From: an uncultured candidatus Porisulfidus sp.
Lineage (GTDB): Bacteria; Pseudomonadota; Gammaproteobacteria; Poriferisulfidales; Oxydemutatoraceae
NCBI GenBank assembly: GCA_965215125.1
Contig: OZ244052.1
Coordinates: 736,001-800,000 of the forward strand
DNA length: 64,000 nt
Direction of reading: 5' to 3'
Shown here in pieces: positions 30,343-40,075 of this stretch. Below the pieces are notes generated by a model that had not been told where the DNA came from, ran no database searches, and was given only the letters and a program-made list of their open reading frames with translations. The translations under genes and the position numbers were made by a program. The first letter of the stretch is position 1. Each line of letters opens with the position of its first letter.

Positions 30343-31383
30343 TCACTTAACTTCAATTTTTCCCGAGTCTAGATTACTCAAGATTCCGATGGGGGTTGCT
30401 TTTTCAAAACCTTTCTCTAAGAGTAAGTTCATTACTTTCGGTATAGCCGCCGGTGAGCAAGCGATGAGTAGACCGCCGTTGGTTTGAGGATCGGTGAGTA
30501 GGGTTTTGATTTTCTTCGCTTTAGCCGATAAATCTACATCATGGCGGCAATGTTCCCAGTTGCGGATGCCTGCGCCGGTGCTAATACCGTTCGTTGCCAA
30601 ATCTACGGCTTGTTCAATCAACGGGATATTATTCATAACAATGGAGGCTTGCAGTTTTGACGCTCGGCACATCTCCAGTAAATGGCATAATAATCCGAAC
30701 CCGGTGACATCGGTCATCGCATGCACCGACCCCAGCCTTGTGAGCTCGACACCGACATCGTTCAGTTGGCTTGCATGCTTTATCAAGATTTTGTAGCCTG
30801 CTTGATCAAGTTTGTTTTGTTTATAAGCAGCTGCCAATACGCCGATGCCCAGCGGCTTGCTCAATAGCAAGACATCGCCGGATCGTGCCGTGCTGTTCCG
30901 CTTAATATTACTAGGATGCACCAAGCCACAAACCGAGAGACCGTAGAAAGGTTCTTTACAGTCTATGGAGTGTCCGCCTGCCACCGCAACACCGGCACGA
31001 TTACAGCTTGCACTACCGCCCTCTAATATTTGTGCTATCACCTCCGTTGCCACTTTATCGGTCGGCATGCCGAGTATGTTTAATGCCAAAAACGGTTTGC
31101 CACCCATCGCATAAACATCGGATAATGCATTGGCAGCGGCAATGCAACCGAAGTCGAAAGGATTATCTACCGGAGGTGCGAAGAAATCGGTTGTCGCAAT
31201 CAATGCCTGTTTGGAATTAAGTTTATAGAGAGCTGCATCGTCGAAAGTATCGCTACCCGAAATGAGTTGCAAGTCGGATAATACAGGGATATTTTCCAGC
31301 AATTTACCGAGTATATCCGGAGAAATTTTGCATCCGCATCCGCCGCCGTGAGATAATGCCGTTAATTTGAAGTTTTGAGTCAT
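30343..31383 (-). CDS. selD: Selenide, water dikinase (Cys form)
   Basis: LTALSHGGGCGCKI, DDAA, TTDFF, AANALSDVYAMGG, TDVTGFGL, DPQTNGGLL. Confidence 0.97.
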   Translation of the reverse strand: MTQNFKLTALSHGGGCGCKISPDILGKLLENIPVLSDLQLISGSDTFDDAALYKLNSKQALIATTDFFAPPVDNPFDFGCIAAANALSDVYAMGGKPFLALNILGMPTDKVATEVIAQILEGGSASCNRAGVAVAGGHSIDCKEPFYGLSVCGLVHPSNIKRNSTARSGDVLLLSKPLGIGVLAAAYKQNKLDQAGYKILIKHASQLNDVGVELTRLGSVHAMTDVTGFGLLCHLLEMCRASKLQASIVMNNIPLIEQAVDLATNGISTGAGIRNWEHCRHDVDLSAKAKKIKTLLTDPQTNGGLLIACSPAAIPKVMNLLLEKGFEKATPIGILSNLDSGKIEVK

Positions 31384-32434
31384 GTTAAAGCTAGCAGAAA
31401 ATTGGACCTTGGATCACATTGTGCATTTTGACGACATCTTAGATGTACGTTCACCTGCGGAGTACGCGCTCGACCACCTGCCTCGGGCACTCAATTTCCC
31501 GGTGCTGGACGATGAAGAACGTTCACGCGTAGGCATATTATATAAAAAAGTCTCCGGCTTCGAGGCTAAAAAGCAAGGTGCCGCTTTAGTGGCATCGCAT
31601 ATTGCATCGCACATAGAAAAGCATTTTGCCGACAAAACCGAAAGCTGGCAACCTTTAGTCTACTGTTGGCGCGGCGGCACCCGCAGCGCGGCGATGGTGC
31701 AGGTTCTAAACGACATAGGTTGGCAAGCGCAACAGCTACCCGGCGGCTACAAAGCGTATCGGCGTAGGGTGATAGAGACAATTGCCGAACTTGCTCCCCG
31801 ATTACGCTTTGTCGTGCTGTGCGGAAAAACAGGTGTCGGCAAAACACGATTGCTAGAGGCTTTGTGTAAGCATAGAAAACAGATACTGGACTTAGAAAAA
31901 ATCGCAAACCACAAGGGTTCGGTACTCGGCGAACCAACGCAAGGAGAACAACCTTCGCAAAAATTTTTTGAAAGCACGTTGTGTCATACAATCAGAGCTT
32001 TAGACCCCGAGCAAACCGTTTATGTGGAGGCAGAAAGTCCTAAGATTGGGCGCATCCAAATTCCGACGGTTCTACTCGATGCGATGCATTGCGGCCGATG
32101 CTTACCTATAGAGGCGACACTTTCTGCACGGGTGACTTTTCTATGCGCGGAGTACCGACATTTTCTGCAAAGCCCGGGATTATTCGCATCGGCAATATCG
32201 CGATTGACGGCTCATGTGGGCAAGAAAAAAATAGCGCATTGGTTGTCCTTGCATAAAGCGGAGAAAATGACAGCGTTGGTAGAGGACTTGCTGGTTTCGC
32301 ATTATGACCCTTTTTATACAAGTTCTATGAGTAAACATTTTAAGCATTATCAGAATACCGGTACTACGATACAACTCACTAGCATAGACGAGGAGAATCT
32401 CGACAAAGCTGTTGCCGATATTGAACAAATATAG
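31382..32434 (+). CDS. mnmH: tRNA 2-selenouridine synthase (start uncertain)
   Basis: DVRSPAEY, YCWRGGTRS, GGYKAYR, GKTGVGKT, DLEKIANHKGS, QPSQKFFE, HYDP. Confidence 0.95.
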   Translation: MLKLAENWTLDHIVHFDDILDVRSPAEYALDHLPRALNFPVLDDEERSRVGILYKKVSGFEAKKQGAALVASHIASHIEKHFADKTESWQPLVYCWRGGTRSAAMVQVLNDIGWQAQQLPGGYKAYRRRVIETIAELAPRLRFVVLCGKTGVGKTRLLEALCKHRKQILDLEKIANHKGSVLGEPTQGEQPSQKFFESTLCHTIRALDPEQTVYVEAESPKIGRIQIPTVLLDAMHCGRCLPIEATLSARVTFLCAEYRHFLQSPGLFASAISRLTAHVGKKKIAHWLSLHKAEKMTALVEDLLVSHYDPFYTSSMSKHFKHYQNTGTTIQLTSIDEENLDKAVADIEQI

Positions 32435-32507
32435 GTTGCAGATATAGTAAAATATTCTTAACTATTTAATATATCCTTAATTCCTAAAACTTAAAGAGAA
32501 CCAAGTA

Positions 32508-33425
32508 GTGCCTTATCCTCCTATTTATATCATTAACCTGAAACGGACTCCGGAAAGGAAATTATCTATACAAAGACAGCTTGATGCCTTTAATCTAAAC
32601 TATGAATTTGTAGAGGCGATTGACAGATACGATTTAAGGTCTAAAGAGGAGTGCTCAATCATTGCCTATCAACTGGGCATTGACACAAACAATATGGAAA
32701 CCTTATACGATTATTGTAACGATCTCGGTGCTTTAGCTTGTTTGTTAAGCCATGTTAAAGTCTATAATTTAATCATAGAAAATAATATTCCATGTACTTG
32801 TGTGTTAGAAGATGATGCTTATCTATTACCTGCCTTTCCCAAGATATTAATAGCCGCGCAGCAAATATCCTGGGAGGTTTTAATGCTTTCTAGTCAATCA
32901 GCTTATGTTTGGAAAATATTATTGTCTTCCCTTTGCGGTTTCCCTAAATTAATATGCTATAAAAAATATTATCCTGCATTAAATCTCTTTACTGCTCCTA
33001 TCATAGCCTTAAAATTCATGAAGTTTCTTATATTGGAATTTATACTGCGACATAAGAATAGACTCTCAAAACATAAATACATTAAAAAAAGAACTCTCTC
33101 AGAATCTCTACTGTGGTATGTGGCATGTGAAATAGGTGCGATACCTAATCAAGATAGACGTTCATGGCATAAAGTCGCTCCTAATCACTACATTACTACA
33201 CCGTCGTTAAAACCAAATGTAACTTCAGGCATGGCTTATATGCTGACTCGATCGGCAGCAATTAAATGGAAACAGGCAATACTTTCTGATAGAACACACG
33301 CTATAACGCATGCTATAGATCTTGTGCCTTATCAGTTGTACAGAAAAAAAACCTTAAACCTGTATATTGTTACTCCACCCTGTGTTAAGGCTATATATCG
33401 GTATTTAGTAAATAGCAGTAATTGA
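32508..33425 (+). CDS. Glycosyltransferase family 25, paralog A
   Basis: YIINLKRTPER, ACLLSH, VLEDD, GMAYML. Confidence 0.88.
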   Translation: MPYPPIYIINLKRTPERKLSIQRQLDAFNLNYEFVEAIDRYDLRSKEECSIIAYQLGIDTNNMETLYDYCNDLGALACLLSHVKVYNLIIENNIPCTCVLEDDAYLLPAFPKILIAAQQISWEVLMLSSQSAYVWKILLSSLCGFPKLICYKKYYPALNLFTAPIIALKFMKFLILEFILRHKNRLSKHKYIKKRTLSESLLWYVACEIGAIPNQDRRSWHKVAPNHYITTPSLKPNVTSGMAYMLTRSAAIKWKQAILSDRTHAITHAIDLVPYQLYRKKTLNLYIVTPPCVKAIYRYLVNSSN

Positions 33426-33637
33426 GGCTGTCGGACCGGAATTTGGTCTTCTTCTAAAAAGTAGACAAAACTAAGCTTCTATGTTTTTTCGGGCATAAAC
33501 CGCCGTCGCTAAACACAAAAACTTTGGGACTTATAGCGATTAGTTGACAAACCACAATTATTAAAACTATTAGTTGACAAACAATCCTTTTAATTATTAC
33601 AATAATCCCTATAATAGAAACACAATTAGGAAAAGTC

Positions 33638-34564
33638 ATGGCGAAAAGATTAGCAAAAACATTAAGTCTATTTGACTTGATGAAGCAGTACCCTACTGAG
33701 TTAGATGCGATGAGGTACATAGAGCGTATGCGGTGGGGAGATACACTCTGTTGCACTCGTTGTGGAGCGACCGACAAAATTACTGAACGCGAAGACAAAC
33801 TGGCAAACTATTGGTGCGGTTATTGTCGCAAATACTTTAATGCTAAGACCGGCACACCGTTGGAACATAATCGTATCCGTGACCAAAGAGTGTGGATATA
33901 CGCTGCGTATTTGTTAATAACTGCCCGCAAAGGTATTAGCGCAATGCAACTTCACAAGGAACTTTCTATTAGCTATAAAGCAGCTTGGTATCTACTGCAC
34001 AGACTACGGCTTGCTTGCGGTCATCATCTGGCAGCCTTGCGTGGTGAGGTTGAAATAGACGAGACCTATATAGGCGGTAAAGAAAAGAACAAGCATGAAA
34101 GGAAGCGATTAAAGGTGGGTGGCGGGGCCGGCGGTAAATCTACCATACTCGGCCTGCTGCAGCGAGGCGGTCAGTTGATAGCAATGCCGATAAGCGACAC
34201 CACCAAACAAACGCTACATCCGATTATTAGGGATAACATTATGTCGGGTAGCACTTTATACACAGACGATAACCCGTCCTACACAGGAGCCTATAGAAGA
34301 CATCAAGTCGTCAACCATTCGGCAAAGCAATATGTTAATGGTATGGCACACACTAATAGCATAGAAAGTGTATGGGCTTTGCTGAAGCGCGGATACAACC
34401 GAACCTATCATAACTGGAGCATGAAGCATTGCCGGCAATATGTAAATGAGTTTGCCTTCCGTCTCAATGACGGGAACTGTGAGAGAGATACGCAGGATCG
34501 GCTAGATAGCCTGTTTTCTATGATGACAGGCAAGCGAATAACTTATACGAAATTAACCTCATAG
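33638..34564 (+). CDS. IS1595-family transposase
   Basis: Zn ribbon CTRC...CGYC, GEVEIDETYIGG, YTDD, VNHS, HTNSIESVWALLKRG, YVNEF. Confidence 0.93.
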   Translation: MAKRLAKTLSLFDLMKQYPTELDAMRYIERMRWGDTLCCTRCGATDKITEREDKLANYWCGYCRKYFNAKTGTPLEHNRIRDQRVWIYAAYLLITARKGISAMQLHKELSISYKAAWYLLHRLRLACGHHLAALRGEVEIDETYIGGKEKNKHERKRLKVGGGAGGKSTILGLLQRGGQLIAMPISDTTKQTLHPIIRDNIMSGSTLYTDDNPSYTGAYRRHQVVNHSAKQYVNGMAHTNSIESVWALLKRGYNRTYHNWSMKHCRQYVNEFAFRLNDGNCERDTQDRLDSLFSMMTGKRITYTKLTS

Positions 34565-34622
34565 TTTGTCCAAAACAACAATGTCATTCTCTAATAGACA
34601 ATTGGTGATATAGTGATTACTT

Positions 34623-34787
34623 ATGCGACAAAAAGATCAAACCAAACTAGACAAGGCGGTGCGTGTATTGCTGAATATGGGTAAAGTGCCGCCGCATAAG
34701 CCACTGAAGTTCACCAAAGAAGGCCTTAGAAAAAAATTCAAAATCAAGGTGTCCAGAAGTGGAAAAGGAAAAATAGAGGAAATATAA
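34623..34787 (+). CDS. Small basic 54-aa passenger ORF inside IS1595
   Basis: Manual translation MRQKDQTKLDKAVRVLLNMGKVPPHKPLKFTKEGLRKKFKIKVSRSGKGKIEEI; stops 6 bp before the right TIR; below the ORF-track size cutoff. Confidence 0.55.
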   Translation: MRQKDQTKLDKAVRVLLNMGKVPPHKPLKFTKEGLRKKFKIKVSRSGKGKIEEI

Positions 34788-34831
34788 AGAAACTTTGTCA
34801 ACTAATCGCTATAGTTCCCAAAATATAAGTA

Positions 34832-35767
34832 ATGCCTTATCCTCCTATTTATATCATCAACCTGAAACGGACTCCGGAAAGGAAATTATCTATACAAAGA
34901 CAGCTTGATGCCTTTAATTTAAACTATGAATTTGTAGAGGCGATTGATAAATACGATTTGAGTTGCAAGGCGAAGCGTGCAATCATTGCAGATCAACTGA
35001 GCGTTGACAAAACCAATATGGAATCTTTATATAATCATTATAACAAATGTCTTATACTCGGAACTTTAGCTTGCCTGTTAAGTCACATTAAGGTCTATAA
35101 TTTAATAATACAAAATAGTATTCCACATGCATGTGTTTTAGAAGATGATGTCTCCCTATTGCCTGCTTTTCCTAGAATATTAATAGCTGCCCGGAAAATA
35201 CCATGGGATATTCTAATGCTTTCTAGCCAATCAAGTTATATTCGCAAAATATTAGATCTTAGATGCCGTAGTTTATACCGATTAATATACTATAAAAAAT
35301 ACTATCCCGAATTAACCTTCTTTACCTTTCGTCTCATAAGCCTGAAAATTATGAAATTTCTTATCTTGCCCGGCAAAATAATCAAAATGATACTCGCAAA
35401 AGACACATACATTAAAAAAAACCGTTATAAGATGGCTTTGCTATACGATATAGCATGTGAAATAGGTTCGCTACCTAATCGAGATAGACATTCATGGCAT
35501 CAAATCACCCCTAATCACTACATCACTACACCGGCGGAAATACCAACAAATGTAACCACAGGTATGGCTTATATGCTAACCCGCTCGGCGGCAATTAAAT
35601 GGAAACAGACAGCACTTCTTAGGTCTACAATGAAATCTATAGACATGATACCTCTTCGTCTACACATCGACAGGCACTTAAACCTTTATATTGTCACTCC
35701 ACCCTGTGCTAAGGCTGTATATCAATTTCTAATAAATTCCGTCAATCTTGGCCCGACATCATTATGA
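34832..35767 (+). CDS. Glycosyltransferase family 25, paralog B
   Basis: N-terminal ~39 aa match paralog A; ACLLSH, VLEDD, GMAYMLTRSAAIKWKQ. Confidence 0.88.
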   Translation: MPYPPIYIINLKRTPERKLSIQRQLDAFNLNYEFVEAIDKYDLSCKAKRAIIADQLSVDKTNMESLYNHYNKCLILGTLACLLSHIKVYNLIIQNSIPHACVLEDDVSLLPAFPRILIAARKIPWDILMLSSQSSYIRKILDLRCRSLYRLIYYKKYYPELTFFTFRLISLKIMKFLILPGKIIKMILAKDTYIKKNRYKMALLYDIACEIGSLPNRDRHSWHQITPNHYITTPAEIPTNVTTGMAYMLTRSAAIKWKQTALLRSTMKSIDMIPLRLHIDRHLNLYIVTPPCAKAVYQFLINSVNLGPTSL

Positions 35768-35811
35768 AACCGGATTTGATTCGCCTCTAATACGACGCAT
35801 GCCGTGCCGCA

Positions 35812-36738
35812 ATGTCATTTGATAGAATAGACATCTTATTATTCAAATTTAAGTTTATGACACCTAAAACAAATACAATTCAGGGCATGTTGCTATGCTT
35901 GCAGCATTATTGGGCGGAGCAGGGTTGTGCGTTACTGCAGCCCTACGATCTGCCTATGGGAGCAGGTACATTCCATCCGGCGACTTTTCTGCGAGTATTG
36001 GGCACCGAACCTTGGCGGTGTGCCTATGTGCAACCGTGTCGACGTCCTGCAGACGGTCGTTACGGCGACAATCCCAACCGCTTGCAACATTATTATCAGT
36101 TTCAAGTTGTTCTAAAACCTTCGCCGCACGCTATACAGCAGTTATATCTAGATTCTCTAAACGCATTGGGCATTGAAGTCGAACGAGACGATGTGCGTTT
36201 TGTGGAGGATAATTGGGAATCACCCACATTGGGGGCTTGGGGTCTGGGTTGGGAAGTTTGGCTCAACGGGATGGAGATCGGACAATTCACTTACTTCCAA
36301 CAAATGGGTGGGGTAGAGTGTGCGCCGGTTGCGGGCGAGATTACATACGGCATAGAGCGTCTTGCGATGAGCTTACAACAAATAGATAATACTTTTGATC
36401 TGCTATGGGCAAGTTCCGATCACGCAAAGCTATATTATCGTGATTTATTTTATCAAAACGAAAAGCAACAATCGGCTTATAATTTCGACGAGGCAAATGT
36501 ATCTCAATTGAAGCGTCAATTTGACGAAAGAGAGCAAGAGTGTTTACAGTTGATAGAAAAGACATTGGTGTTGCCCGCTTACGAGCAAGCCGTTATGGCC
36601 TCTCATTTTTTCAACCTACTCGATGCACGAGGGGCAATTTCGGTAACCGAAAGGCAACGTTATGTATTGAGAATCTGTAAACTCACATATCGGATCGCTA
36701 AACACATCGGCGACAACGAATCCCGGAATAAACAGTAA
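35812..36738 (+). CDS. glyQ: Glycyl-tRNA synthetase alpha subunit (start possibly 35857)
   Basis: [50 protein letters not shown]. Confidence 0.99.
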   Translation: MSFDRIDILLFKFKFMTPKTNTIQGMLLCLQHYWAEQGCALLQPYDLPMGAGTFHPATFLRVLGTEPWRCAYVQPCRRPADGRYGDNPNRLQHYYQFQVVLKPSPHAIQQLYLDSLNALGIEVERDDVRFVEDNWESPTLGAWGLGWEVWLNGMEIGQFTYFQQMGGVECAPVAGEITYGIERLAMSLQQIDNTFDLLWASSDHAKLYYRDLFYQNEKQQSAYNFDEANVSQLKRQFDEREQECLQLIEKTLVLPAYEQAVMASHFFNLLDARGAISVTERQRYVLRICKLTYRIAKHIGDNESRNKQ

Positions 36739-36778
36739 ACCGCTTAGCCGATATATAGAATTAAAGTCATCCGAGAAA

Positions 36779-38878
36779 ATGCAGAGACACAATTTGCTCG
36801 TAGAAATAGGCACCGAAGAACTGCCTCCCGACGGATTATTCGAATTGGGCGAGGCTTTTGCGCAAACCCTTAAAAAGCTATGCGGTGATGCCGGCTTTGA
36901 CAGCGAGCAGGCACATTCTTTTGCAACACCCCGCCGTATCGCCGCTCGGTTGGATGCTTTGGTCGAAACACAAGCAGACCAAACGATAAAGCGCAAGGGA
37001 CCACTCATAGCAAAAGCATACGATAAAGACGGAAACCCGCTGCCGGCGGCGATCGGTTTTGCCAAATCGTGCAAAGTAGCAATATCGGAACTGCAGATGA
37101 TTGAGATTAAAGACGAACAACGTCTTTATGTTGAAAAAACCGTCAAAGGTCAAAACATAAACGATTGTATTGCGATGTTGTTAGAGCAAACACTGCAACA
37201 ATTACCAATGAGTAAACGGATGCGGTGGGGAGATACCGATTATGAATTCATACGCCCGATACATTGGGTGCTGGTTCTATACGGTGAGCAAACACTCGAA
37301 CTGGAAGTAGCAGGCATCACCGCCGGCAAGCATACTTATGGACATCGTTATCATTGTCCCGACGCGCTGAGCGTGCCGCATGCGGATCACTACGAAAATC
37401 TATTGGAGCAACAGGCTAAAGTCATTCCTTCGTTCAAAAAACGCTTGCAAAAAATAAGTTTGCAAATAGAAAAGGCAGCGCAACTCGGCAAAGTGCAAAC
37501 AAACGACCGCCTACTCGAGCAGGTTACATCGATTGTTGAGTGGCCGATTGCAGTTTCCGGTCGCTTTGACGAAAGTTTTTTGAACCTACCGGCAATAGTG
37601 ATCGGCAAGATACTGGAAAAAGACCAAAAATGCTTTACCGTTTTAGCTGCGGACGAATCTCTAGTGCCGGAATTTATAGTGATAGCCAATATAGAAAGCA
37701 CCGACCCCGATGCATTACGCCACGGTTATGAACGAGTGGTAGAACCTAGACTGAAGGACGCGAGCTTTTTTATCCATCAAGATAGAAAACACTCGCTGGT
37801 ACATTATGCGGATAGTCTTGATAAATTAGTTTTTCATCAACGCTTAGGCAATTTAGCGGATAAGGTTGCACGCATCACGGATATATCTCGCGCTATCGCA
37901 CAACATTTGTCGGTATCGGATAGTGCCTATGATTTTGACCGACAAGACAAAGGGACAATTGAACGAGCTGCTTATCTTTGCAAAGCAGATCTCAGAACCG
38001 GCATCGTTTGCGAATATCCCGAACTCGCCGGCTATATAGGTGGCTATTATGCAGAATGCGACGGCGAACCTCCGACGATATGCCGTGCAATACGGCAGCA
38101 TATAAAACCGGTGCGCGCCGGCGATTCGCTGCCCGACGAAAAAATTGCTATCGTACTGGCGATTGCCGATAGGCTGGATACCCTGGTCGGTATTTTCGGA
38201 ATTGGAGAATATCCGAGTGGTAGCCGCGATCCTTATGCACTACGGCGCGCAAGTCTGGCACTGATACGCATCCTCAACGAATACCAACTGGATTTGGATT
38301 TGGCAGTGTGGGTTGAACAAAGCCGGCAACGCTATGCCGAAAAAGTCAAAGAACAAGGTGTTGTGAGATTGTTAGATTATTTGAAAGAGCGGCTCAAACA
38401 TTATTTCATAGAGTGTGGCTTTAGCGGCGATAGAGTAGATGCGGTCGCTACAAATCGAACTCTGCATTGTCACGATATGCACCAACGTCTGCTCAAACTG
38501 CAAAGTTTTATGCAAATGCCCCAAAGCATTGAACTTGCGGCAGCAACTAAACGAATACGCAATATCTTAAAAAATAATCTCCCCGAAAATATCGGAAAAC
38601 TTGATCCGTTAGCGTTGAATGACGATGCAGAATGTCGGCTTTATGAAGCGTTTAATAAACGAAGCCCACAAGTTCGGACGCTAATCAAACACGGAGACTA
38701 TTTAGAAGCCCTAAAGACTCTGGCACAGCTACACGACCCTATAGACAACTTTTTTGATAAAGTGCTCGTGATGTCCAAAAATGAAACCGAAAAAAATAAC
38801 CGCCTCATCTTACTCTACCAAATCGATTGCTTGTTTATGCAGATTGTAGATTTCTCCGCGCTTCAATTAGATGAATAG
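36779..38878 (+). CDS. glyS: Glycyl-tRNA synthetase beta subunit
   Basis: LLVEIGTEELP, TPRR, MRWG, FIRPIHW, GSRDPYALRR. Confidence 0.98.
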   Translation: MQRHNLLVEIGTEELPPDGLFELGEAFAQTLKKLCGDAGFDSEQAHSFATPRRIAARLDALVETQADQTIKRKGPLIAKAYDKDGNPLPAAIGFAKSCKVAISELQMIEIKDEQRLYVEKTVKGQNINDCIAMLLEQTLQQLPMSKRMRWGDTDYEFIRPIHWVLVLYGEQTLELEVAGITAGKHTYGHRYHCPDALSVPHADHYENLLEQQAKVIPSFKKRLQKISLQIEKAAQLGKVQTNDRLLEQVTSIVEWPIAVSGRFDESFLNLPAIVIGKILEKDQKCFTVLAADESLVPEFIVIANIESTDPDALRHGYERVVEPRLKDASFFIHQDRKHSLVHYADSLDKLVFHQRLGNLADKVARITDISRAIAQHLSVSDSAYDFDRQDKGTIERAAYLCKADLRTGIVCEYPELAGYIGGYYAECDGEPPTICRAIRQHIKPVRAGDSLPDEKIAIVLAIADRLDTLVGIFGIGEYPSGSRDPYALRRASLALIRILNEYQLDLDLAVWVEQSRQRYAEKVKEQGVVRLLDYLKERLKHYFIECGFSGDRVDAVATNRTLHCHDMHQRLLKLQSFMQMPQSIELAAATKRIRNILKNNLPENIGKLDPLALNDDAECRLYEAFNKRSPQVRTLIKHGDYLEALKTLAQLHDPIDNFFDKVLVMSKNETEKNNRLILLYQIDCLFMQIVDFSALQLDE

Positions 38879-38889
38879 TTTTATGACAT

Positions 38890-39086
38890 GGGACTGTTGA
38901 GAAAGTATCCACAAACTTTAGGGACGGTACATTCCCCTCCTTCGGAGGGGTGGCAGGCGCAGCCTGACGGGGTGGTTGTGTCGTATCTGCACTATTTTAT
39001 TCATTCATCCAATTTATGGAAATCAAAACCAAATGGCGCAAGCGGTTGCGGTTATTCCGAAGGCGAACATGCAAGTCCGCTTCTAC
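38890..39086. repeat. Long copy of the dispersed repeat between glyS and ribF (TIR-like end, core module, GTAG-REP)
   Basis: gggactgttgagaaagtat...attcccctccttcggaggggtggcaggcgcagcctgacggggtggt...aggcgaacatgcaagtccgcttctac. Confidence 0.9.
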
Positions 39087-39100
39087 ATTAAGCATAAATA

Positions 39101-40066
39101 ATGCAGTTGCTTCATAGCCTAGACAACCTAGCTAAATTCAAGCATCCTTGCGTTGCCACGATAGGTGCTTTTGATGCCCTGCATATAGGACATCGAGCGA
39201 TTATAGCTAAGACTAAAGCCTTAGCGAAAGATTATCGCTTACCGGTGGTCGTGGTGATGTTTGAACCGTTGCCCGGCGAGTTCTTTGCCGATAAAGACGC
39301 ATTGCCGAAGCGCATCTACACGCTACGCAAGCGTATCGAATTAGTGCGAGATATCGGTGCCGACTATTTGGTGTGCCTAAACTTCAATAAAACTTTAGCG
39401 AATTGGACGGCGGCTGAATTCATTCAAAGTATCATACTGGACGGCTTGCACGCGCGTCATTTAGTCGTAGGAGACGATTTCCGTTTCGGTAAAAACAGAG
39501 AAGGAGACTATAATATGCTCTGCGATTACCGGAGTCGTTTCGGTTTCGAGCTGAGTCGCATGAATGCGGTGACGGTCGGAAATGTGCGGGTTAGTAGCAC
39601 TCGGATACGCGAGTTGTTACTCGCCGGCGAGTTGGCACAAGCCAATCGTATGCTCGGAAGTCTTTATAGTGTGACAGGTCGCGTTCGCCTAGGCGATAGA
39701 TTGGGTACACAATTAGGTTACCCTACCGCTAATTTGAGTTTCGGGAAACGCCAACCGCCGTTGCACGGTGTTTTTGCGGTTTCGGTGGAGGTTTTAGGCA
39801 TGAAACTTAAAGGTGTATCCAATGCCGGTGTACGCCCTACCGTAGATGCCGAACAATACCGAATAGAAACTCATATTTTTGATTTTGATAGCGATGTGTA
39901 CGGAGAACGAATGACTATTTATCCGCAACACTATCTCAGGGCGGAACAGCGATACAACGATATAGCGCAACTCAAAAATGCGATACGCAAAGACCTCAGA
40001 GTAGCAAAGGTGCTTTTAGAAAGCGAACCGAATGATGATACACAGACACGATATGTTAATAACTAA
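39101..40066 (+). CDS. ribF: Riboflavin kinase/FAD synthetase
   Basis: TIGAFDALHIGH, FEPLP, VGDDFRFG, VSSTRIR, GYPTAN, RPT, ETHIFDF. Confidence 0.97.
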   Translation: MQLLHSLDNLAKFKHPCVATIGAFDALHIGHRAIIAKTKALAKDYRLPVVVVMFEPLPGEFFADKDALPKRIYTLRKRIELVRDIGADYLVCLNFNKTLANWTAAEFIQSIILDGLHARHLVVGDDFRFGKNREGDYNMLCDYRSRFGFELSRMNAVTVGNVRVSSTRIRELLLAGELAQANRMLGSLYSVTGRVRLGDRLGTQLGYPTANLSFGKRQPPLHGVFAVSVEVLGMKLKGVSNAGVRPTVDAEQYRIETHIFDFDSDVYGERMTIYPQHYLRAEQRYNDIAQLKNAIRKDLRVAKVLLESEPNDDTQTRYVNN

Positions 40067-40075
40067 ATACGAACG

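Larger units (their letters stand above)
33526..34819 (+). mobile_element. IS1595-family element
   Basis: TIRs gggacttatagcgattagttgacaaa (33526-33551) and tttgtcaactaatcgctatagttccc (34794-34819), 24/26; no target duplication visible. Confidence 0.9.

Noticed and set aside
30343-31383. Selenocysteine recoding in selD
   Set aside because: The active-site GGGCGCK is encoded with Cys in an uninterrupted ORF; no in-frame TGA is needed.
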